NCBI RefSeq assembly: GCF_000011805.1
Contig: NC_006841.2
Reading direction: 5' to 3' (one strand)
Length of the DNA: 32,000 nt
From: Aliivibrio fischeri ES114
Lineage (GTDB): Bacteria; Pseudomonadota; Gammaproteobacteria; Enterobacterales; Vibrionaceae
Shown here: positions 21,538 to 31,504 of the stretch, piece by piece
Layout of the letters: each line of letters begins with the position of its first letter
How positions within the stretch are numbered: position 1 is the first letter of the stretch
The notes under the pieces: model-generated
Told to the model about the DNA's origin: nothing
The model's input: the letters and a program-made list of their open reading frames with translations, nothing else
Database searches by the model: none
Position numbers and translations under genes: made by a program

Positions 21538-23676
21538 TTAGAACTCGTACTGTGCTGATAGCATATAGTTACGGCCCTCGCCGATACTCATACCAGAGTA
21601 ATCACCACTTGTTTCATACTCTTTATCAAATACGTTGTTAATCTTAGCTCTGAATGAAAGCTCATCACCTGAATCCATAGGCATACGATAAATAGCACCT
21701 ACATCCGCCAAGGTGTAAGCCGATTTCTTTGGCTCATCATTGGCGCTATTACCGTAACGCGAACCAATGTAATAAACACCAGCATTCAGATCGATATGGT
21801 CTGTTAACTCATAGTTAGCCCATGCGTTAGCCGTCCATTGTGGAACGTCTGCTATTTTCTTACCGTCATACTTCGGCTGGCCCTCATATTCAGCAATTAA
21901 GTACTGCGCACCAGCCTTAACAGTTAATAACTCTGTCACACGACCCGTGATTGTTGTATCAATACCTGTATTAATCTGTTTGCCGCCCTGCTCTGTTTTC
22001 TTGGTGATAGCTGGATTATTTGGATCACGATACTTTCTATCAGTAACTGAAATGTTTTCTTTCACTATCTGGAATAAAGACGTTTCAAATATAGCGCTGT
22101 TATCCATGAACTCCTGTTTATAACCAATCTCATATAAATGGCCTAGCTCTGGTTCACGTTCCATTCCATCGTTCGCATCGCTTGAACTACTAATAGGCGT
22201 TTGAGGAACAAACGATTGTGAGTAACTAGCGTATATTGTTGAGTCAGCGGATGGATGGAACATAACCGCAGCACTTGGCAAGACGTTGAAATATTCAGTA
22301 TCTTCGCCTTTGCCGTCTCTCTTATCATTCTTAGAACGATATTTGATGTAGTAATCGGCACGAGCACCAGCTAGAACTTGCCAGTAGTCATTAAACGTTA
22401 TCAAATCTTGTACATATAAGCCTGTTTGGAAATTAGAATAAACGTTAGAACTTGGCTTACCTGATTTACTTGGATCAAATCCGTAAATTGGTGTCGCAGG
22501 GTTAGTACTTGCGGCCTGCTTAACACCACCGTATAAACTGTTACGTGAATACTCATGATCTACAAAGTTGGTGCCAACAAGCAACTTATGCTCAATTGAA
22601 CCTGTATTAAAGTCACCCGTTAGATCCATAGTACCTGTATGAACATCATAACTATTATCACGCTTACCAGTATTAAACTCGTACTTACCTGTTTGAGCAC
22701 TATCTTTCATTGGTCTAATGCTTGAAGTCTTAGCAGTATTAACCATATTCAACTTGTGATAGCTTGCCGTTAACTTCCAGTCATTATCAAAGTGGTGCGT
22801 TAGCTTAACGCCAATGCTTTCCTCTTCTTTCTCATTGGTTGACCAAGGTGTATTAAGAATTAAATCACGGTCGCCAATAATGTTGCCGTCTTCATCAAAG
22901 TAAGCGCCACTATCTTGGTGCCCTTTTTGCGTCTTGTAATCATAAGATAGCGATAACATCGTGTCGTCTGTCAGATCATAATCAAGCATGATTGCCAATA
23001 AATCACGGCGTGTAGTTGGATGAACGCCATTAACGTAGTGTCTAAAGTTATCTTTTGATTGTTTTGAGGCAATTACACGATAACGTAAATCGTCCGTTGC
23101 GGAACCTGTAGTATCCACCACTGAACGCGAAAAGTTATTACTACCAACATCTTGAGAAATCATAGTGCGGCGCTGGTATTCAGGCTCTTTTGTTACCATG
23201 TTCACCAATCCTGCTGGTGAACCTTTACCATAAAGAAGACCTGACGGGCCTTTTAGCACTTCAATTCGCTCATACATTTCTACAGGTTCTTGAATAAGGG
23301 AATATTTCTGCTCACCATTACGCAAATAACCATCGTTAGTAGTTAACTGGAAACCGCGAATATAAAAGTTTTCGTGTCCGTCGCTTTCATAAGTAGAAAC
23401 GGTTGAGGCATCGTTCTTAAGCGCTTTATCAAGTGAGGTCGCCTGTAAATCATCAAGTAACTTTCTATCAATGCTATTTACAGAACGTGGGTTCTCAAGC
23501 GGTGCAATATCCATTTTAGTCGCAGTGCTTACGGATTCAGTTTTATAATCTGGGCGTGTACCTACAACCTCAATGGCTTCAAACGTAGAAACATTATCTG
23601 TATCAGCAAAAGATTTAACGGGCGATAATGACGCAGCAATAGCAATAGCAAGAGTGGTTAATTTAGTTTTGGTCAT
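21538..23676 (-). CDS. TonB-dependent outer-membrane receptor (siderophore-type), 712 aa
   Basis: Signal peptide, plug motifs (IEVVGT..., ERIEVLKGPSGLLYG) and a C-terminal ...NYMLSAQYEF aromatic terminus. Confidence 0.9.
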   Translation of the reverse strand: MTKTKLTTLAIAIAASLSPVKSFADTDNVSTFEAIEVVGTRPDYKTESVSTATKMDIAPLENPRSVNSIDRKLLDDLQATSLDKALKNDASTVSTYESDGHENFYIRGFQLTTNDGYLRNGEQKYSLIQEPVEMYERIEVLKGPSGLLYGKGSPAGLVNMVTKEPEYQRRTMISQDVGSNNFSRSVVDTTGSATDDLRYRVIASKQSKDNFRHYVNGVHPTTRRDLLAIMLDYDLTDDTMLSLSYDYKTQKGHQDSGAYFDEDGNIIGDRDLILNTPWSTNEKEEESIGVKLTHHFDNDWKLTASYHKLNMVNTAKTSSIRPMKDSAQTGKYEFNTGKRDNSYDVHTGTMDLTGDFNTGSIEHKLLVGTNFVDHEYSRNSLYGGVKQAASTNPATPIYGFDPSKSGKPSSNVYSNFQTGLYVQDLITFNDYWQVLAGARADYYIKYRSKNDKRDGKGEDTEYFNVLPSAAVMFHPSADSTIYASYSQSFVPQTPISSSSDANDGMEREPELGHLYEIGYKQEFMDNSAIFETSLFQIVKENISVTDRKYRDPNNPAITKKTEQGGKQINTGIDTTITGRVTELLTVKAGAQYLIAEYEGQPKYDGKKIADVPQWTANAWANYELTDHIDLNAGVYYIGSRYGNSANDEPKKSAYTLADVGAIYRMPMDSGDELSFRAKINNVFDKEYETSGDYSGMSIGEGRNYMLSAQYEF

Positions 23677-24692
23677 ATTTTTTTGCCTTTTAAGGTTAAA
23701 TTCGAGTTTTCTTCTAAAGAGAAAATTTCTATTTGCATTTCAAAAGCGCGTAGGCGCTTGTAAATTGACATTAACTCGACACAGCTCGACCATCGGCGGA
23801 TTAGGAACCTTAAGGAACTCTCAACCTTTGAGTATGATGAAGTGATTTGCTTCAACACTCCCAAGGTAATCGCCGCTTGTAATATTGTTGGACTCATAAA
23901 AATGTAAACGGTAAGTTCCGAATACTTGCTATATGCACTTGAACAGCTATCAAACCAAAGATAAGCACGATACATACTAAAATAGTTGTGGCGCACATCA
24001 TCAAACAGTTCTTTTAAGCCTTTCGGTGTAGCTCGGCTTTCATCATCTTCCCCTAAAACTAATTCTTTCCTGAATGCCGCCTCTACTTTTTGGTTGTTGT
24101 ATTCATAAGCTGGTAATTTCCTACCAATGAACATTAAAAACGCGATTCCACCGAATGAGGAAACAACGGCAACGATAACCATTGAATGTTCAACCCCACC
24201 AAAGAACGGGATCACCTTTACGTGCTTGGATAGTTCCCACAACAACGGGATAAACGTCGCTAGTGTCATGAAATTCCTAAGAATGCTTATTCCTAAGTCT
24301 TCAACCAGCTTTGCAAACCTCATTGTGTCTTCTTGTATCCTCTGACTTGCTCCTTCGATTTGACGAATTAAAGGCCAGTGCTTTGTATAGTGCTCGTTCA
24401 TGGCGCAACGCCACCTAAAGATCCAGTGCCTTACGAAGTAATCAACCACCACAGAAATAACGACGTACATAGTTGTGATCTTAAAAAAATCAAAAATAAC
24501 ATTTCTAAAATCAACAAACTTGACGGCATTGGGAGAAACTAACGCCTCTTGGATAAGATCATAAAAATGACCGTTCCAGTAGTTAAGTTCCACATCAATA
24601 CCGACTCTGAACCAATTAACAGCAACCACCGCAGTAGTGCCGTAAATTGACCAAAAGAACCATTTTCTATTTAAAAAGAAACAACGAAACAT
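23673..24692 (-). CDS. SbmA/BacA-like inner-membrane transporter, about 339 aa
   Basis: NYWNGHFYDLIQEAL, FRWRCAMNEHY, IEGASQRIQEDTMRFA and VELMSIYKRLRAFE match conserved SbmA blocks. The tracked start is a TTG; ATG 24692 follows GAGG. The stop overlaps the receptor start (ATGA). Confidence 0.8.
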   Translation of the reverse strand: MFRCFFLNRKWFFWSIYGTTAVVAVNWFRVGIDVELNYWNGHFYDLIQEALVSPNAVKFVDFRNVIFDFFKITTMYVVISVVVDYFVRHWIFRWRCAMNEHYTKHWPLIRQIEGASQRIQEDTMRFAKLVEDLGISILRNFMTLATFIPLLWELSKHVKVIPFFGGVEHSMVIVAVVSSFGGIAFLMFIGRKLPAYEYNNQKVEAAFRKELVLGEDDESRATPKGLKELFDDVRHNYFSMYRAYLWFDSCSSAYSKYSELTVYIFMSPTILQAAITLGVLKQITSSYSKVESSLRFLIRRWSSCVELMSIYKRLRAFEMQIEIFSLEENSNLTLKGKKI

Positions 24693-24735
24693 AAGCGATA
24701 ACCTCAATTAATAAAGTTACCTTTTATTGCTTTTA

Positions 24736-24879
24736 TTAGTTTTTAATAATCACTGGTTCCATACGAAATAAACGATTATCCCATTGCTGGTAATCACTGA
24801 CCTTTGAATCAGACGTATAAGCCACCGCACAACTGAGCAAGGCCAATGTCATAAGAGCTATAATTAAGGCAACTTTCAT
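24736..24879 (-). CDS. Small lipoprotein, 47 aa (below the ORF-track cutoff)
   Basis: Hand translation gives MKVALIIALMTLALLSCAVAYTSDSKVSDYQQWDNRLFRMEPVIIKN. Lipobox LLSC. GGAG SD 8 nt upstream. Confidence 0.5.
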   Translation of the reverse strand: MKVALIIALMTLALLSCAVAYTSDSKVSDYQQWDNRLFRMEPVIIKN

Positions 24880-24924
24880 TTTAAAAACTCCGTGTATATA
24901 AATTGATAGTAAAGATTTATGGAC

Positions 24925-25479
24925 TTAGAACTTAACGCCAAGCATTAAGCTGGAAATAGTAGAATCAACGTAGTAATCATCTGCTATTTCTATATCAGCT
25001 CTCTTAATATCAATAGAAAGAGTCACTTTATCGTTAAACTCGGCACGGATACCAAGCCCTTTAGCGAAGCTGATAACTGAAAAATCGTGACGCTGCCAAT
25101 AATCTGTATAACCAAGAATATTATTCTCAATACCAACCATTACATACGGCTTTACGCTTACAGCATTGTTAAGGTCAAATCTATAACCAAACTCAGGATA
25201 AGCGCCAAAGGTGCCAATCTCGCCAGTAACACCCGTCGCCAGCAATTCGTGACGAGCATAACGTGCAGAGATCCCCACTATCTTATTTATCTCTTTATGA
25301 ACACCGATAGCGAAACCATTGCCATTAGCACTAGCGTCGTCATGAGACGAAAATCCCACACGGCCCACCATAACAGTAACGTCGTTTCGTGTAGCTGGTT
25401 CTTCCTCAGCTGAAAATGCTGGTGAAGATACGAATAATGCTAACGCCAACGGCGCTAATTTAGATTTGTACATGGTCAT
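24925..25479 (-). CDS. Small outer-membrane beta-barrel protein (OmpA-like-barrel / opacity-type), 184 aa
   Basis: Signal peptide ending AFSAEE, alternating beta-strand pattern, and a terminal ...LMLGVKF. Confidence 0.7.
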   Translation of the reverse strand: MTMYKSKLAPLALALFVSSPAFSAEEEPATRNDVTVMVGRVGFSSHDDASANGNGFAIGVHKEINKIVGISARYARHELLATGVTGEIGTFGAYPEFGYRFDLNNAVSVKPYVMVGIENNILGYTDYWQRHDFSVISFAKGLGIRAEFNDKVTLSIDIKRADIEIADDYYVDSTISSLMLGVKF

Positions 25480-25718
25480 ACCTTATTACTTTTTGACTCT
25501 TGTCCATCAAGTATCATCAATTTAGTTGTGTACTTGTGGGTTAGTGTTGCTCTAATGAGTGCGGAGATCATTTGCCTGTCTCTAATCCACCACTTATTTA
25601 ATAAATCACGGCTATAGCGAGACTTTTCAGCTAAGTCAGATATAGACAAATCAAGTTTCTTAAGATGATTAGCTAAACTAACTTTCTTAAAAGTCGTTAC
25701 CTCATAGCTGTTATCCAT
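25476..25718 (-). CDS. Small putative HTH protein, 80 aa
   Basis: LSISDLAEKSRYSRDLLNKWW resembles an HTH. Overlaps the downstream OMP gene by 4 nt. Confidence 0.4.
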   Translation of the reverse strand: MDNSYEVTTFKKVSLANHLKKLDLSISDLAEKSRYSRDLLNKWWIRDRQMISALIRATLTHKYTTKLMILDGQESKSNKV

Positions 25719-26485
25719 CGCACATCATTAACCCGAACAGTGCGAATACTATTGCCAAATGACACGAATAGCAACAACAAACTCAAATTAGAACAAAAAA
25801 GGAGCGCAATCGACACATGAAAGACAAAATAAGCATCGATAGAGTCATTACTGTGAGGTATAAGAAAATCCATTACGAAATGCTATTTACTTTAAATTCA
25901 AAAGATAATTGTTGCGGATAGTGTCCATCATCCTGTTAATCGCCCCCCCCATTTCGTACGGCAATAACCCTTAATACAAATTCATGACATAGTTGAGCCT
26001 CAATGATAAGGCAAGCTCCGCCCTTGCTTGTAAATGCTACTTTACATAGGCTCAGTGAAGTATAGCGATTTGTAACCAAGCACATCACGGTAAAGAATTT
26101 CTACGGTATCGAGTAAAATTTCTATTTTTGTACTTCCCTTCACTATACTTTTTAGTTATGAGCACCGTGCAAGAAAGCCGATTTCCAGAGGACAGAAATT
26201 TCTTTTCGATTTTGTGCCACATAAAAAAGCACAAACTAAATAGATGATCTTTACTATCCATCAAAAATTTACTCAACTGAAAAATAAAATGGCTACTTCA
26301 GAGCAAAAATCACTGTTCAGATCACTAAATGATGATAATAAATTATCTGGGTTATGTGTTTATGAACAGAACGATTAGAAATGACACGATTGATTCAGTG
26401 TCCTGTTTGATGATGCAAGTAGATGCTGTAGAATTAGGCAGTAAAACAAGACAAAAATTTTAATAAAACTGTATAAGGTTCGACC

Positions 26486-27136
26486 ATGAAGCAAAAGTCT
26501 ATACTCGCTCGTAATATCGAACAGCGAAAATATGATCTAGGGATCACTACTAACATTGAAGTAGCACGTAAATCAGGTGTTAGCCGAGCGGTCATTACAA
26601 ATATTGGACTACACCCAAATAAAAGTATCATGTTGGACAGTGCTGTACTTCTAGCTAAGGCTCTTGATTGTCGGCTTGAATGGTTAGCAACTGGTGAGGG
26701 GCCTATTAACCTTGATGATGTAGAAAGATACAACCGTTTACGTTACGGGGCCGTTGTAATTCGTACGTCAGAACTTGAATCATTGACACCAGAAGAACTT
26801 TTAAAGGAACTTTACGACGATCAAAGCCGTGAACGAGTTCCGTGCCCTGCTGGTAATAGTTTTACAACATTCATCGTTAGATTGAATCAAGATCTTGGAA
26901 AATATGCTGCAGGTGGAATGATGTATTTCGACTATGAAAAGACACCAATAACAGGATCTATTGTTCTGGCTAAAACTGCGAAAGATGCAGCACCAGAAAT
27001 CATGGAATACACAAAGGCACACAATAGATCGTTCTTAAAATCGTTAAGTGAAGATTTACCAGCGGAATTAAAATTTATAGAAATTACAGAAGAAATGGCA
27101 ATCATTTCAACTTTAACGGCTTACGCTATCACTTAA
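26486..27136 (+). CDS. XRE/CI-like transcriptional repressor, 216 aa
   Basis: N-terminal HTH_3-type LARNIEQRKYDLGITTNIEVARKSGVSRAVITNI...LAKALDCRLEWLATGEG. The C-terminal domain could be S24-like, but I cannot see the catalytic residues. Confidence 0.65.
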   Translation: MKQKSILARNIEQRKYDLGITTNIEVARKSGVSRAVITNIGLHPNKSIMLDSAVLLAKALDCRLEWLATGEGPINLDDVERYNRLRYGAVVIRTSELESLTPEELLKELYDDQSRERVPCPAGNSFTTFIVRLNQDLGKYAAGGMMYFDYEKTPITGSIVLAKTAKDAAPEIMEYTKAHNRSFLKSLSEDLPAELKFIEITEEMAIISTLTAYAIT

Positions 27137-27165
27137 TAAGCATACAAAAGTTTAGCCACCACAAA

Positions 27166-27195
27166 GCCCCGTTTCTAAGGGGCCTTCTTTTTTAT
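27166..27195 (+). terminator. Rho-independent terminator
   Basis: GCCCC-GTTTCTAA-GGGGC followed by CTTCTTTTTT. Confidence 0.6.
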
Positions 27196-27433
27196 CTCAT
27201 GGAACTGAAACTGATAAAAAATCTTTTTTAATATTGCATGTAGTTCACTTTATTGCACTGAACTATTATCGCATGCTCCGTTCAGATTAAAACCGTACAA
27301 ATGAATTTAAAAAAACGTAATCTTTAAAATGCTTATGGATTAGTATGAACAATATGAAAAATGAATACTGCAAGTAAAACTGTTTCGGGGTTCCACAAGA
27401 GAACCCCTCAAAAGGTAAACCTAAAGCCGTCAG

Positions 27434-29347
27434 TTAGACTTTAAAAGCACCAACTAATTGATCCAATCGCTGTGAAAGTGCATTCAATTGCTGACTTGAA
27501 TCAGCAAGCTCTTGTGCTGTGGCGGTGGTTAACTCATTAATACCATTAATCTCTTCGATATTTTGGTTAATCGTATAAACCACAGTAGATTGCTCTTCTG
27601 TTGCCGTTGCCACTTGCGTATTCATATCAGAAATATCTGTGATACTTTTTGCAATACCCGCTAACACTTGTGTTGCACTGTCTGCGGATTCAACACCACG
27701 AGCCGTTACACTGTGACTTGCTTCCATCGCATCCACCGCATTTTTCGCTTCGTTTTGCAGTTGATCAATCATCTTCTGGATTTCATCCGTTGATTCTGAT
27801 GTACGGCTTGCTAATTGACGAACTTCATCTGCAACCACAGCAAAACCACGACCATGATCACCAGCACGAGCGGCTTCAATGGCTGCATTTAACGCAAGTA
27901 AATTGGTTTGCTCTGAAATACCACGAATAACGTCAAGGATAGAGCCAATGTCTTGTGTTGTACCCGCTAATTGCTCCACCACATGGCTCACTTGAACTAA
28001 ATCACCTTCAAGTTGGGTAATTGCGTCACGAGAGTCAATCACAGTTTGACGACCATCTTGAGTACTTGCTTCAGCTTTACTTGCTGATTGTGCTGCATTC
28101 GCCGCATTGGATGCAATTTCGTTAATCGTACTACCCATTTGGTTAATAGCCGTTACGACTTGAAGCGTTTGGTCACGCTGCATTTCACTGTTATCACGTG
28201 TTGATGTTGCTTTTAACGCTACATTTTCAGCCGTAGTGTGTAATACATGGCCAGTTTCAACCACTTCAGAAACCGTATTGTGAATTTTCTCGACAAAACT
28301 ATTAAAGCCTTTTGAAAGTTCCGTAATTTCATCATTACCTTTCACTTCGATACGATGCGTTAAGTCACCTTCCCCCTCACCTAGCTCTTTAAAGCGATGT
28401 GCAAGTTCGTTCAGTTTATTAGTGATTGAGCCTGCGCCCCAAATAGCTAAAGAGACAAATACCGCAATAATAACCACAATCCACATAATGATGTCTTGGG
28501 TAGAGGCATGCAAACTTTCAAACACTTCAGAAACCGGTACTTCAGCAACAATAAACCACTCCATTGAAGGAATGTAATGCGAAGCGATAAAGATCTCTTG
28601 GCCACCTTTTTCCATGCGGCTTAGATTGAAGTTTTTCTTTGTCAGTAATACCGATGCTTCAGCAGAACCAACCACATCTTTAATGGTTTGCTTGCCCATA
28701 ATCGCTTTGTTTTTATGGATTTTGATATTACCGTCACCATCCATTAAATAAACAAAACCCGTTTGTTCAATTCTAAATCCATTTAACAAAGCAACCATAT
28801 CATCTAATGATTTAGATAAACCGGCCATTGAAACGCCATTTAGCTGTTGGAAATTAACAAACAGTTTTACTTCACCGTTTTGCTCAGTAAATACATTCAA
28901 CATACGCTCAGGGCCACTTTGTGTGAACCCAAAAAACCAACCGTCTTGTTGTTTGTTTAGTTGACGTAAAAAGCCATCCTGATTCCAATAATTTGCTGTT
29001 TGACGGTTAGCAACGGATGCATCATTCAGATTATGTTGTTGTTTTAGTTTATTTAATTGACCAATAAGAACATTTTGGTCTTCAGGAGAGGTGTAAGAAT
29101 CAGAAATAGCATCGATAATGAAAGGGTTATTAGACATTTGCTCAGCAGCAGCAGAAAGTACTGCCACCTCTTTATCTACTTCTCCACCAATTCGGTCAAG
29201 AATAGTAGGAAGCTCAAGCGTGGTTAGCCTTTCATCTAAAGTTTCATACGCTTTTTTTTGGGCGACAATACCCACAAGAGAAGTTGAAGCAATGATAGCG
29301 ATAACGATACCGGCGACGAGTTTCTGTTTTATTGTTAGATTAATCAT
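27434..29347 (-). CDS. Methyl-accepting chemotaxis protein, 637 aa
   Basis: N-terminal TM, periplasmic sensor, second TM, HAMP, and the conserved signalling hairpin ...[37 protein letters not shown]... Confidence 0.92.
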   Translation of the reverse strand: MINLTIKQKLVAGIVIAIIASTSLVGIVAQKKAYETLDERLTTLELPTILDRIGGEVDKEVAVLSAAAEQMSNNPFIIDAISDSYTSPEDQNVLIGQLNKLKQQHNLNDASVANRQTANYWNQDGFLRQLNKQQDGWFFGFTQSGPERMLNVFTEQNGEVKLFVNFQQLNGVSMAGLSKSLDDMVALLNGFRIEQTGFVYLMDGDGNIKIHKNKAIMGKQTIKDVVGSAEASVLLTKKNFNLSRMEKGGQEIFIASHYIPSMEWFIVAEVPVSEVFESLHASTQDIIMWIVVIIAVFVSLAIWGAGSITNKLNELAHRFKELGEGEGDLTHRIEVKGNDEITELSKGFNSFVEKIHNTVSEVVETGHVLHTTAENVALKATSTRDNSEMQRDQTLQVVTAINQMGSTINEIASNAANAAQSASKAEASTQDGRQTVIDSRDAITQLEGDLVQVSHVVEQLAGTTQDIGSILDVIRGISEQTNLLALNAAIEAARAGDHGRGFAVVADEVRQLASRTSESTDEIQKMIDQLQNEAKNAVDAMEASHSVTARGVESADSATQVLAGIAKSITDISDMNTQVATATEEQSTVVYTINQNIEEINGINELTTATAQELADSSQQLNALSQRLDQLVGAFKV

Positions 29348-29539
29348 AATTTTTCCACAGCTAAAATAGACCCTTCATATAACGACCGCACATTTCATAA
29401 CTTTAATAAATAATTAGAAAAACATTCATTAATTAAATAGTTGAATAATTTCGAACTAAACCCAATCTTATTAGGAACTAATGTGGCTTTATTGAGTCAC
29501 AGACAATAATTACTAAACAATCCAGACATTGGGTGAACT

Positions 29540-30496
29540 ATGCTAGCGTTAAAAATTCAACAATTACAAACTTACCTTGAATCTCAAGTCATTGGTCAAC
29601 CAGATTTAGTAAAGCAGTTATTAATTGCCCTACTTGCAGATGGTCATATTTTAGTTGAAGGTCCTCCGGGTCTTGCAAAAACGCGTGCAGTTAAAATTTT
29701 GGCAGACTCTATTGAGGGAGATTTCCACCGTATTCAATTCACTCCTGACTTATTGCCATCAGACTTAACCGGTACCGATATTTACCGTCAAGAGACCGGT
29801 GAATTTACGTTCCAACCGGGCCCTATTTTCAACTCATTAGTATTGGCTGATGAAATCAACCGTGCGCCAGCCAAAGTCCAAGCGGCGATGTTAGAAGCCA
29901 TGGCTGAAAAACAAATCACAGCGGGTCGAAATACCTATCAACTGCCTGAGCTATTCTTAGTAATGGCAACGCAAAACCCGATTGAACAAGAAGGGACTTA
30001 CCCACTACCAGAAGCGCAGCTTGACCGTTTCTTAATGCATTTGGATGTGGATTACCCTGGCGCACAAGACGAACTAGCCATTCTGCGTTTAAATCGTGGT
30101 GAAGCCTTGGGTGAGCAAGCACAAAGACCACAACCATTAGCACAAAGTGAGATTTTCAGTGCTCGTAAAGAAGTGTTATCCATTTACATGGCACCTGAAA
30201 TCGAGCAATACATTATTCGTATTACGATGGCGACACGTAAGCCTGCACAATACTGCCAAGAGTTAGCAAACCAACTTGAAATGGGTGTTAGCCCACGTGC
30301 GACATTAGCGTTAGATCGTTGTGCTCGTGCACATGCATGGTTAGCAGGTCGTGATTACGTAAGCCCTGAAGATGTTCAAGCTATGGCTTATCCTGTATTA
30401 CGTCACCGACTGCTATTAAGCTTCCAAGCGCAAGCAGAAGGCACAACGGCAAATAAAGTCATTGAGCGTTTATTACAAATGGTAGCGGCGTCTTAA
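29540..30496 (+). CDS. MoxR-family AAA+ ATPase, 318 aa
   Basis: VIGQPDLVKQLLIALLADGHILVEGPPGLAKT, LADEINRAPAKVQAAMLEAMAE, TYPLPEAQLDRF. Confidence 0.92.
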   Translation: MLALKIQQLQTYLESQVIGQPDLVKQLLIALLADGHILVEGPPGLAKTRAVKILADSIEGDFHRIQFTPDLLPSDLTGTDIYRQETGEFTFQPGPIFNSLVLADEINRAPAKVQAAMLEAMAEKQITAGRNTYQLPELFLVMATQNPIEQEGTYPLPEAQLDRFLMHLDVDYPGAQDELAILRLNRGEALGEQAQRPQPLAQSEIFSARKEVLSIYMAPEIEQYIIRITMATRKPAQYCQELANQLEMGVSPRATLALDRCARAHAWLAGRDYVSPEDVQAMAYPVLRHRLLLSFQAQAEGTTANKVIERLLQMVAAS

Positions 30497-30544
30497 TTTA
30501 ATCAAGACACATTGCTAAACGTTAATTCGACATAAGCAGATATT

Positions 30545-31504
30545 GTGAAGAAAACAAATACACTAACACTGCCACCACACAGCAATGGCGTTACCTTGTC
30601 ACTTAATGAGTTGGTTCACTATAAGAACCACTCATTACAGTGGTTACCGCCAGCACAATCTGTATGGTCAAAAATGAATGGCAGTCATCAAAGCCGTCAA
30701 AAAGGCCGTGGCATGGATTTTTCTGAAGTACGCCAGTATCAACCGGGGGATGACATTCGCTCTATTGATTGGCGTGTCACTGCACGTACAGGAAAACCAC
30801 ATACCAAGCTCTACAGTGAAGAGCGAGAACAACCAACCATGCTTTTTGTGGATGTCAGTGACACCATGCGTTTTGGTTCACAGCTTCTATTCAAATCCGT
30901 TCAAGCTGCGCATTTTGCCAGTTTGCTAAGTTGGATAACCTTAGCTGAAAAAGATCGCGTTGGTGGGATCATCTTTGATGGTAAATCCACACTCGATTGT
31001 AAGCCCTCTTCTCGTCAGAAAGTGGTCTTACAATTTCTTCAAAAGATCATTGAGCGTCATAACACCACGTCATCAAATACAGAGCAAACGACAACGCAGC
31101 AAACGGATTCTTTTGTTAAAGGGTTACAGCAGTTACAACGTTTGTGTCCAAAAGGCAGTGAAATCGTCATCATCAGTGATTTCTACGCACTTACGGACGA
31201 TTGCAAAGCGATATTCAGTCAATTAAGCAAACACAATCGCATTCAGTTTGTGATGATAAACGATCCATTAGAGCAAGGGGTGACCCGTTTTAATGGCGTA
31301 GAGCATGTGTCTGATAACAAACGTTCAGCATGGTTAGATTTCTCCTCTCTTTCCACTAAAAATGCCTTACAACAACAGGCGAACCTACATAAAGCGTATG
31401 TACAAAACATGGCAATGCAATTGGGCATTCATTTACATACCCTATCGTCAGGTTTTCCTTTATTAAACCAATTAACCACAGCACAGGATAAAGGAAATAA
31501 TTAA
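30545..31504 (+). CDS. DUF58 domain protein (MoxR-operon partner), 319 aa, GTG start
   Basis: GMDFSEVRQYQPGDDIRSIDWRVTARTGKPHTKLYSEERE signature. Confidence 0.88.
   Translation: MKKTNTLTLPPHSNGVTLSLNELVHYKNHSLQWLPPAQSVWSKMNGSHQSRQKGRGMDFSEVRQYQPGDDIRSIDWRVTARTGKPHTKLYSEEREQPTMLFVDVSDTMRFGSQLLFKSVQAAHFASLLSWITLAEKDRVGGIIFDGKSTLDCKPSSRQKVVLQFLQKIIERHNTTSSNTEQTTTQQTDSFVKGLQQLQRLCPKGSEIVIISDFYALTDDCKAIFSQLSKHNRIQFVMINDPLEQGVTRFNGVEHVSDNKRSAWLDFSSLSTKNALQQQANLHKAYVQNMAMQLGIHLHTLSSGFPLLNQLTTAQDKGNN

Noticed and set aside
26085-26276. 63-aa ORF in the 25.7-26.5 kb intergenic region
   Set aside because: Its composition is Lys/Phe/Ser-rich and low-complexity. It has no SD and no recognisable motif. 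It is probably non-coding promoter or operator space between the divergent minus-strand operon and the CI-like repressor gene.
27387-27407. Hairpin GGGGTTC-CACAAGA-GAACCCC downstream of the MCP gene, considered as a terminator
   Set aside because: It is a perfect 7-bp stem, but on the minus strand it is followed by GAAACAGTTTTA rather than an immediate U-run. It is plausible but too weak to list as a feature.
15362-31428. Numerous tracked ORFs of 61-108 aa overlapping larger genes on the opposite strand or in another frame: 15362-15562, 16176-16382, 16255-16467, 16383-16577, 16888-17094, 22143-22367, 23573-23845, 24127-24345, 25087-25413, 26434-26733, 26801-27022, 27649-27930, 29118-29369, 29916-30143, 30678-30929, 30960-31226, 31243-31428. 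In the array: 26-211, 2171-2395, 4444-4662, 8439-8693.
   Set aside because: Each lies inside a longer ORF with clear family signatures. They have odd composition, no SD, and no independent support.
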